This document shows positions 26,303 through 34,339 of a stretch of 64,000 bases of DNA, piece by piece (the first letter of the stretch is position 1; each line of letters opens with the position of its first letter). Source of the stretch: Caldisericia bacterium (GTDB lineage Bacteria; Caldisericota; Caldisericia; JAAYUI01); NCBI GenBank assembly GCA_963674785.1, contig OY771555.1:960001-1024000 (forward strand), read 5' to 3'. The notes beneath the pieces are model-generated. The model worked only from the letters and a program-made list of their open reading frames with translations, was not told where the DNA came from and did not search any database. A program made the translations under genes and the position numbers.

Positions 26303-27103
26303 TCACCCGTTTATCGAGTCTGAGAGTGTCATATCAAATGCTCCAAGAGCGGTGATAAGAAAACAGAATACCCATAGTGTATGAATTGGATGGAATGCAT
26401 TGATTCTTGGTGTAAACGGAAGCCATGTGTAATAGACATTGGTAAAGATTGCCAAACCACCGATGGCGATGAATAAAAATGGTCTACCGATTCGACCTTC
26501 TGCAAAAACCATTGTGCATCTTAGAGCGCCAATGAATATCGAAAGAGTCAAGACAGCGTACAATATTTGAGATATAATACTAAGAGGGTCTGGAGATTTG
26601 ATCGATAATCTGATCATAAAAGCAATAGTCAGAATTGTCGTTACACCTACTGCAGTAAAAAACCATGGTCTCTGAGTTGCTTTCAATCGAGCTTCAAGTC
26701 TTGCTGGGAAGTCAAACAGTGCCCAAACTACAAGAACAGCTCCAACAACAAAAAATGCAGTGTATGCCCCAAATGCAACCGTATCTAGCTTCAGAAATGC
26801 TCTCTGATACACCTCGAATGCAAAACCGATTGCGATACTCAATACTCCAAAACCGATAACCTTTACGGTTGGTCTTACAGTTGAAAGGATGTTACCGACA
26901 AATCCTTGATAAAGCAGTATGAGTCCTGCAAAAAGTGGAGTAATGACCTTTGCAAGCTCAACCCAGAGTGCCCAGGAAACCTGACCATCAGCTACTCTGT
27001 TTTCCCAAACAATTTTCACAGCGCCAACTTCGAATATCGATAATATCAAAAATATAAGACAGATAGCAACGATAACCAACAAACTGATTCGAATCTTATC
27101 CAT
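26303..27103 (-). CDS. Polytopic (7-8 TM) membrane protein, paralog of 25482..26285
   Basis: AGGAG SD; same shared motifs. Confidence 0.78.
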   Translation of the reverse strand: MDKIRISLLVIVAICLIFLILSIFEVGAVKIVWENRVADGQVSWALWVELAKVITPLFAGLILLYQGFVGNILSTVRPTVKVIGFGVLSIAIGFAFEVYQRAFLKLDTVAFGAYTAFFVVGAVLVVWALFDFPARLEARLKATQRPWFFTAVGVTTILTIAFMIRLSIKSPDPLSIISQILYAVLTLSIFIGALRCTMVFAEGRIGRPFLFIAIGGLAIFTNVYYTWLPFTPRINAFHPIHTLWVFCFLITALGAFDMTLSDSING

Positions 27104-27293
27104 GATGGATACTCCTAACTGATATTTTGTTTGAAAAAATCAAGCTTTTTTCTCGTCAATCACTGGTAAAAATAATACAAAAAAATAATCAAAAAAGCAA
27201 GTGATTTTTTTTATTTTCAGATATTGTTTTTTAAAAGAGGGTGACAATCAGAAAAACTTGCTGATTGTATGTTTTGCTTGTAAAATGCATCTG

Positions 27294-30248
27294 ATGAAGA
27301 AAGTAATGGTTTTAGCATTGTCAGTTATGTTGTTGTTTTTAGGATCAGGAGTAAGTGGATTCGAATATGCGAATTTTGTTTCAAAACCCACAAGATTCCG
27401 TGTAAAAGTGAATTCTTCTTTAGCTGTAGGAAGAATCTCTTTTGATGCATGGAATAATCCTGAGATGCCACAGCTTCAAAGGATGCCAAGGATCAAAGTT
27501 GGTTTTGCACCGATTGTTAATGGAACTGAGGTATGGGGAACCAATCTTTCGAGACTTCTTACGAATGATGGTTTTTCTGAATACATCGCAAGAAACTATC
27601 CAAACTTGAAAACGATAGAATTTGGGGAACAGTACGAACAGTTTATGGGTGGGGAGCTTATCACCACTTCAAAGATGTATAATGCTATTACAAATACCGG
27701 TATGTCGAAATCTACTGCAGAACAGCTTGCATTTGAAGCGATTGAAAATGAAGTTGATTGGACGATCCCTGGTACAGAGGATAATTTTGAAAAGATTGAT
27801 GTTTATCCTGGTTACGAAAACAGGGTAAACCTTGGTGATATTTTTGGTTCTGAGCTCGACAGAAAGAATGGTCGAGCTCTGACTGCAATTTCCCAGGGAT
27901 TTATTCCAGATTATGGTGTCGCTGAGGAACCTTTGGATTTTACAATATGCAATCCGTATACTTCAATCCCTGTGGTGTACGCTGAAGATCAGTACATGGA
28001 TTTCTTTTTTAGACCGATTGGAACAATTTTTGAACAAGATGGTGGAACTGTTGTAACAAAACCAAGTACTGAAACAGCTTGTTTTGTAAAGTTCAAGTAT
28101 CACGATACAACAGTTAGAAATATCCCATACACAAAATCAGATGATGGAATTGATGAGGCAGAGATTGATTTGAATGTCAGATATACTGGTGAATACAGGT
28201 TTGATTTTGCAATTGACCCTCCTCAGATTGGTGGTCAGGCAAATCTTCCACTAATTACTACAGGTATTGGTGAGGCTTCAATGTTTGATGGAGAAGGTAC
28301 GCAACACCTTGTGCAAAGCTTTCCATCACTTCGAAAGTTCTACGGTTGGCTTCCCCATACAGACCCCGGATATATCAACCAGAGGCTGTTGATTACTCCT
28401 GCGGTAAGAAAAAAATGTTTCTATGAATCGCGTCTTTGGGAGCTTTCCCATTTCAGGATTTTTTATCCTGTAGCAAGATTTGAGGATGACCTTCAAATTG
28501 TAACCGAAGAATCTGTGGATGTCTCTCCGATGTTTTTTGAAGAGATATCAATGGGCGAAATTGGATATTTCAAATTTACGAATCTTCCTTGGCTTGAGGG
28601 TGATGAAAATACTCACTATATCTACTCAGTTGATAGACCAATGAGGATTGTTGCCGTATATGAGCCGGGTGATCTTACGCCACGTGGAAAAGATGTGAGG
28701 GTTGAGTCGACCAGAATCACTCTTAACTGGGCTGTCACAACTGAAATGAAAAAGCTTGCAGAAATCAAAAAGAGGGAATGGGGAGAGAATTGGTGGGAGA
28801 AATATTTCCCGACCTTTTACACCATTAAGGTGGTTGGAGAAAATGGCTACAACAAGACATTCAAAAAAATCAACCCACTCACAGATACTTTAGTTATCGA
28901 AGAACTTGAACCAGGTAGTGAGTATTCATGGGAACTAGAAACTTGGGTTTCTGATGATAATGGATCATCTTCCCTGATGAATACTTGGACTTCTGAAAAA
29001 ATCAGAACAATTCCTCTTCCTAAACTTGTTGGTCATTGTGCAAAGGCTGATGCGATAAAACTTGAAACAGAGGTTAATGATGAAGGTTTTGAGGTTTGGA
29101 AGATAACCACCCCAATGAAGTATAAGCTTGGCTCAGCAGAACTTCAGCCGATGAGTTTTGAAGCTCGTCCAAGCGCAAGAATGTCACCTGTGAGATTGAA
29201 TCAACTTGATATGGTTGATGTCAGTTCTGAGGTCTCAGGTTCTACAAACTTGATTGCTAGAGTAAAGATTATCGATTTCACAGATAGTTTTGAAAAAAAT
29301 GACGAGGGTGAAAACATCATCCATGTTTTCTTCAGACCGCTTCGTGTGCAGGTGAAAGGGGTTGCGGTAGACGAGGTCTTCAAGCCTATTGGTGCTGAGG
29401 TAGGTGGTCAACTTAACCAATGGTGGCCTGCTGCAGATGGTTTGCTTACTGAATCTCCTAACAGGATGGTGACAGCTCCATTGATGTTTAAGGGAAAAAA
29501 GATGTGGAGCTTTAAAGAGTGGAAATGGAATGGGAAGATTCATGCCACAAAAGCCCCTTTTAAAGATCATATTAATGGAACAAGCGTCATTATGGTCAAA
29601 GGTTTCGGTTGTCAGGATGACCCTGAAAATCCTGTTGAGCTTACGATGTATGCTGTCTATGAAGAAGTTGAAGTTGATTGCTTCAACATTTCTGTTGATT
29701 TTTCTGTAAGATGGAATCTTGTTGATGTGAACTACAAAATTCCGATTTCTCCAAAGGGAGATTGCCCTGGAGACGAAAAAAAATTCATGACCGGCACCAA
29801 AGTTTCGATTGGACCGGTTCCAAATGTGATTGAAGTTGATGATCTTGAGTATAAATTTGTCGGATGGATCGTTGGTGACCAGACCTATACCGGTTTATCA
29901 ACGCTATCGCTTACAATGGATTCAGATAAAAGAGTGCTTGCAAACTACCAACCTTCAGACAGTAGATTTGAACTGAAATTCTATGCGATACTCGGAAGCA
30001 GAAATGTTAAACTCGATACGAAGATATTCCCTGATCCTGATCGTGAAGGCTACTATAAGGCAGGTGAGACTGTAGAGATTGGACCAGTTCCGATGTCTTT
30101 AAACAATGGTGAATACGTGTTTTCAGGTTGGTCTGTTGACGGAGCAGTTCAGGCTCCATCTGAAAAGCATAACATGTACAGCATCGTGATGGATGGAAAT
30201 CATAGAGTAGCGGCAGTGTACGAGTTGGCCCAGAAGAACCGGCGTTAA
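27294..30248 (+). CDS. Large secreted/surface protein with FN3-like and InlB-B/Listeria-Bacteroides-type repeats
   Basis: Signal peptide MKKVMVLALSV...; LEPGSEY (FN3); repeated Y.F.GW....MD....V.A.Y; TTGCTG-17-TAAAAT 7 nt before the ATG. Confidence 0.75.
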   Translation: MKKVMVLALSVMLLFLGSGVSGFEYANFVSKPTRFRVKVNSSLAVGRISFDAWNNPEMPQLQRMPRIKVGFAPIVNGTEVWGTNLSRLLTNDGFSEYIARNYPNLKTIEFGEQYEQFMGGELITTSKMYNAITNTGMSKSTAEQLAFEAIENEVDWTIPGTEDNFEKIDVYPGYENRVNLGDIFGSELDRKNGRALTAISQGFIPDYGVAEEPLDFTICNPYTSIPVVYAEDQYMDFFFRPIGTIFEQDGGTVVTKPSTETACFVKFKYHDTTVRNIPYTKSDDGIDEAEIDLNVRYTGEYRFDFAIDPPQIGGQANLPLITTGIGEASMFDGEGTQHLVQSFPSLRKFYGWLPHTDPGYINQRLLITPAVRKKCFYESRLWELSHFRIFYPVARFEDDLQIVTEESVDVSPMFFEEISMGEIGYFKFTNLPWLEGDENTHYIYSVDRPMRIVAVYEPGDLTPRGKDVRVESTRITLNWAVTTEMKKLAEIKKREWGENWWEKYFPTFYTIKVVGENGYNKTFKKINPLTDTLVIEELEPGSEYSWELETWVSDDNGSSSLMNTWTSEKIRTIPLPKLVGHCAKADAIKLETEVNDEGFEVWKITTPMKYKLGSAELQPMSFEARPSARMSPVRLNQLDMVDVSSEVSGSTNLIARVKIIDFTDSFEKNDEGENIIHVFFRPLRVQVKGVAVDEVFKPIGAEVGGQLNQWWPAADGLLTESPNRMVTAPLMFKGKKMWSFKEWKWNGKIHATKAPFKDHINGTSVIMVKGFGCQDDPENPVELTMYAVYEEVEVDCFNISVDFSVRWNLVDVNYKIPISPKGDCPGDEKKFMTGTKVSIGPVPNVIEVDDLEYKFVGWIVGDQTYTGLSTLSLTMDSDKRVLANYQPSDSRFELKFYAILGSRNVKLDTKIFPDPDREGYYKAGETVEIGPVPMSLNNGEYVFSGWSVDGAVQAPSEKHNMYSIVMDGNHRVAAVYELAQKNRR

Positions 30249-32212
30249 TTGATCTGAGTTGATTTTAAGTCGTATCTTGTGTTTTCGACAAATCTAGGCT
30301 TGAGATCACTTTTTTCTCCACCTTTGTCGTGCATAAACTCTGAATATGACTTTTTGTTTTTTACACTTGGGATGAGTTCATCTGGCCTGTAGAACTGTTG
30401 CATGTAGGCTTCAAGTAGGTCAATTGTTACCTTGGGGCTATTGAAGAAAATCCAACTTGGCTCAGAAAGATTTTTGCTTATGAATTCCTTCTCCCAGACT
30501 GGGATTGCAGGATCAAGGTATATGAGGTATTTTTCAAAATATCCAAGAAGATCATCCATCAAAGTGTTGATCTCAATGAATGTGTAGTTTCTCACTTTCC
30601 AAGGGATGAGTGGGATTGGGTTGTATCTGAGAAACTGAAGTAGACAGACATAACTTGTGAAAAACGATAACCCCTTGTGTTCGGAGCTGCCAATGTGATA
30701 TTTGATCATGAATCTTGCTTGATACTCGAGTTTCTTCCATATCCCATGAACATATTGTTGTGCTGTTGAAAGTTTTGAGTATCTGAAATGTGAGAAGCAG
30801 GCAACAAGGAAAAATAGGGCAACAGATATTTTTTGATGGAATTGGTGTTCAGATGTCGAGAGGGAATGGATCTGCTCGATAAGGATATCAATGAGGCTGT
30901 GGCATCTCTTAACGATTGGTTCATCTTCTCCAGTGTCTTGCAAGTAAAATTGGAGTTTATCAATCCTTCCAATACAGATTCTTATTATTGATGAGTAGGC
31001 GATCAACTTAAGATTTATATTTTTGTCTTCATTCAGATTGATTTTGAGGAAATGAAGCGATTTGTCCATTCTGTCCTGAATCCACTCAATTATTGAAATG
31101 TCATTCAGAACATTCCCGATAAATAGTGTATTGTTTATGTTTTCATGGTTTCTTAAAAGGGTTGTGTAAATCATTCTGAAGGATGAGGAGATAAAGTCAT
31201 AATCAATTGTCGCAATTGATTTGATGAGAAGTACCTCAAGAACTCTGTATCCATGTAGAACTTCCCACTCATGCTCTCTGTTGTCTGCGACAATATCCCA
31301 GTTGTCTGATTGTTTCAGAAGATTGTTGCAGGAATGGATCAAATCGTGTAGAAGTTGTCTTATTATCTCGATGTTCTTGTCGTTTTTTTCAAGGGTAGTG
31401 GGATGATAAACAGCTATCTTGCATGCAGCCTCGATTGCTTTAATCATACCGGTTCTGTCGGTCACATTGAGGTCTCTTAGATAGTGGTTCATATCTTGTG
31501 AAAAAAATATTATTCTGTCATTTGTTTGTCTGAATTCCTTGAGAAGTTTCTCAGAAAGAAGAGTTTTTTCTCTCTTTGTTTTTGGTGCAACTATCTCATC
31601 ATCTATGTTTGTCCAAATATTGCAGATTGATTTTCTAAGAACTGGATAATGGGTTGGGTACTTCAAAAGATTGTCAAAAGTTGCATCTCGCAATTTGCTT
31701 GAGAGTTTTTCGCCCTCAAGAAGAAGAATTCCTTGTTTGTAGATGTAGAAAATCATGATCAGTGAAACGGCAAATAAAGTAGCAGAAAAAACTCCTGAGA
31801 TTTGTAGCGAGTTAATAATTAACTTCATCCCAAGTGTGATAAGACCAATTAAACCAAGTGAGATTACATGTGCCACAAACGTTGCCGATGTTTTTATGAA
31901 AGACACAAATACTTTTGAATTTCCTGAGATCACAAGACTTGTAGAAATCCCAACAATGAAAGTGATTATAAAAAAAGTACTTGGTATTGTTGGATTGATT
32001 CTATCAATTATCCCGAGCATTGATTGGCTGTGGAGGAGAGTGGTTATCATAGAAAGCGAAAAAACAATTGTCAAAAAGAATAGGAAATGGTGAAGGATAA
32101 TGCTGCTTGAATTTGTTTGAGGATCCCAAAGTCTCTTTTTGTAAAGGGCAATAGCTAGTCCAACAGCGATTATCGCTAGAAAAACTGTAATAAAGATTGC
32201 CCAAGGGTTCAT
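30245..32212 (-). CDS. Hypothetical protein with 5 N-terminal TM helices and a large helical soluble domain
   Basis: Long ORF; TTGCAA-16-TACACT lies 7 nt before ATG 32212. Confidence 0.72.
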   Translation of the reverse strand: MNPWAIFITVFLAIIAVGLAIALYKKRLWDPQTNSSSIILHHFLFFLTIVFSLSMITTLLHSQSMLGIIDRINPTIPSTFFIITFIVGISTSLVISGNSKVFVSFIKTSATFVAHVISLGLIGLITLGMKLIINSLQISGVFSATLFAVSLIMIFYIYKQGILLLEGEKLSSKLRDATFDNLLKYPTHYPVLRKSICNIWTNIDDEIVAPKTKREKTLLSEKLLKEFRQTNDRIIFFSQDMNHYLRDLNVTDRTGMIKAIEAACKIAVYHPTTLEKNDKNIEIIRQLLHDLIHSCNNLLKQSDNWDIVADNREHEWEVLHGYRVLEVLLIKSIATIDYDFISSSFRMIYTTLLRNHENINNTLFIGNVLNDISIIEWIQDRMDKSLHFLKINLNEDKNINLKLIAYSSIIRICIGRIDKLQFYLQDTGEDEPIVKRCHSLIDILIEQIHSLSTSEHQFHQKISVALFFLVACFSHFRYSKLSTAQQYVHGIWKKLEYQARFMIKYHIGSSEHKGLSFFTSYVCLLQFLRYNPIPLIPWKVRNYTFIEINTLMDDLLGYFEKYLIYLDPAIPVWEKEFISKNLSEPSWIFFNSPKVTIDLLEAYMQQFYRPDELIPSVKNKKSYSEFMHDKGGEKSDLKPRFVENTRYDLKSTQIN

Positions 32213-32330
32213 GTGTATAAGTGTACCAATTTGTAAAGGAATTGCAAGCAATTGGAACAAATAAATATCTCCAATTTATGAAGGTTTTACTATGTTGAAT
32301 ATAGGGATTTCTGGTGCTAGAATCGAGGTG

Positions 32331-32933
32331 ATGAATAATGTGAAAAAAAGTGTTTTTTTGTGGGTAATTGCTCTTCTTCTGATAATAAGTTCCTATATGA
32401 CAACAGCGTTTTTTATTGGCACTTGGCCTTTTGAAAAACAAGTGGAAACAAATATCACAGATGAGACTATTGAATTTCTCGATGGGTTGGGCGAAGAGAA
32501 CTACAAAATTTCAAATGGTGGAAGGCTTATTTTTGAGGATTTTTCCATTGTTTATCCAGAAGGATGGATAATGATGGACGTTGGCGTGGAAGGCTCAGTG
32601 GTAGGGGTTGACTCACTAGATCCGAACACAAGTGTTTCTGTTTCAAAAATTGATTTTGGTGAATCAAATATTGATGACATCGCGTATCTTCTTGGTGAAA
32701 GAATTGATACTTGGTACAAAACTGCTGAGAGTAAAGATGTTCTCTTTTTAGAGAAAAATTGTACTCTTTTTTCGGGAATAATTGAAAAGATTGATAAGAG
32801 TGAGGGTATGTTGGTGCTGGCAGTTCCATCAGGTGATGTGTATTTTCTTTTGACGGGAGTATTTGAGATGGAGAAAAAAAGTCAAGAAAAGATAGAAAGT
32901 ATCTTTGAAACATTCCGTTTAAGTGACTCGTAA
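32331..32933 (+). CDS. Exported/membrane-anchored protein, possibly PsbP/DcrB-like fold
   Basis: N-terminal TM; FSIVYPEGW and C-terminal IFETFRL; stop overlaps the WYL start (TAATG). Confidence 0.6.
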   Translation: MNNVKKSVFLWVIALLLIISSYMTTAFFIGTWPFEKQVETNITDETIEFLDGLGEENYKISNGGRLIFEDFSIVYPEGWIMMDVGVEGSVVGVDSLDPNTSVSVSKIDFGESNIDDIAYLLGERIDTWYKTAESKDVLFLEKNCTLFSGIIEKIDKSEGMLVLAVPSGDVYFLLTGVFEMEKKSQEKIESIFETFRLSDS

Positions 32934-33871
32934 TGCTTCAGATAATCAGGCTACTTCAACTAATAAATGAGTTAAACAAGAATGATTTTGTCTCGTCAAA
33001 AGACTTAGCCTCAAAACTTGAGACATCAAGAAGAACAGTTATGAGAGACATCCAGGTTTTAAAAGATGCAGGATGCAGTATCAAATCTGATCGAAACGGA
33101 TATTTTCTGGAGAGCAAGGAAAAGTCTCAATTTTCGCTTTCTCTTTCTGGAGAAGAGAAGTTTACAATAATTGCCGGTTTACAAATGCTTTATGACACAA
33201 AGGACCCTTCACTCCAGATAATCTCAGCAAGACTTGTTGAAAAGCTTTTTGGTGGGGATTTTATGAGTGATTTTTTAAAGACCCCCAGTCTATTGAAAGA
33301 AAGCACAATTGAGCCAAATACATCGAAGATTGTTAGAAGGATAAGAGCAGCAGTTGATAACAGAAAGGTTATAAAATTTAGGTATTTAAAACCAGGGGAG
33401 ATATCAAAACCAAAACTACGCAAGGCCAATCCTTTAGCGGTTTTCTTTCGGAGACATGCGTATTATATGATTGCGTTTTGTCATAAAAGAAATCAGATTC
33501 GAATGTTTAGGGTAAGCAGGATTTGTGACCTTATAATGACAAGAGAAACATTCAAATCGACAGACTTCAACCTCAATGATTTTTTAGAGCCAGCATTTGA
33601 ACTAAACCCAAGCGGTCAGATTTCAGAAGTTGAGCTTAGATTCACGCCAAAGGTCGCACCTTTTATTGGTGAACTTATTTGGCATCCAAGCCAGAGAATA
33701 TCGAAAAACTCTGATGGCTCAGTAACCCTTATGATGAAGGTTGCGATAAATGAGGAACTAGCGAGGTGGGTGCTTAGTTATGGTTCTGAATGTACAATTG
33801 TTAGTCCAGTTTTATTGATAGATATAGTGAAGAATCATTTATACTCTCTAAAACAGTATTATAATATATAA
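32933..33871 (+). CDS. HTH-WYL-WCX transcriptional regulator (YafY/PafC family)
   Basis: wHTH LASKLETSRRTVMRDI..L; WYL domain R.ANP......YYMIAFC..R...RMFRVSRI; WCX WHPSQ...WVLSYG. Confidence 0.92.
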   Translation: MLQIIRLLQLINELNKNDFVSSKDLASKLETSRRTVMRDIQVLKDAGCSIKSDRNGYFLESKEKSQFSLSLSGEEKFTIIAGLQMLYDTKDPSLQIISARLVEKLFGGDFMSDFLKTPSLLKESTIEPNTSKIVRRIRAAVDNRKVIKFRYLKPGEISKPKLRKANPLAVFFRRHAYYMIAFCHKRNQIRMFRVSRICDLIMTRETFKSTDFNLNDFLEPAFELNPSGQISEVELRFTPKVAPFIGELIWHPSQRISKNSDGSVTLMMKVAINEELARWVLSYGSECTIVSPVLLIDIVKNHLYSLKQYYNI

Positions 33872-34195
33872 GTAGATATATAAATCTAGTTATAGACATT
33901 ATACAATATACTTGGACTGATTAATATCTGAATATTTACATATAGATAGTATACAAATAAATAATTGATATAAGACTATTTATAGAGTCTATTAATTATA
34001 AAAATATACTTAGCAGTATAATATAATAGAAAAAATAATATATCATATCTATAGAATATTTTTATGATATATAATATATAAATATATATTATTACATATT
34101 TTTATCAACATAATAGACTGAAAAGAAATGATAAATAATGAAGAGATATCTATAAATAGATTATCTATATAAATATATTCCAAAATATAACTAGC
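33872..34195. other. Extremely AT-rich non-coding tract
   Basis: Manual count about 16% GC over 33901-34200, rich in TA steps; no ORF in the track. Confidence 0.8.
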
Positions 34196-34254
34196 TTGAC
34201 AAAATAAGCTTTTCATGGTATTTACTTCTGATGTGTATTTAAATTTGGTATAGT
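34196..34254 (+). promoter_or_regulatory. Candidate tandem sigma70 promoters for the 34340 gene
   Basis: TTGACA-17-TATTTA and TTCTGA-17-TATAGT, both with extended TG. Confidence 0.45.
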
Positions 34255-34339
34255 GCTGGGATTTCTATGAGATTCAGTTTTGCGCTGAACCATTTGGATT
34301 TAAAAAACGTATAGTTAAATAGTAATGAGGAGGCATGAG

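Noticed and set aside
33872-34195. Replication origin
   Set aside because: Only one near-match DnaA box (TTATCAACA) noticed and no dnaA/dnaN/gidA/parAB context.
34240-34262. Sigma54 -24/-12 promoter (TGGTATAGTGCTGG)
   Set aside because: No GC at the required -12 position; better read as an extended -10 element.
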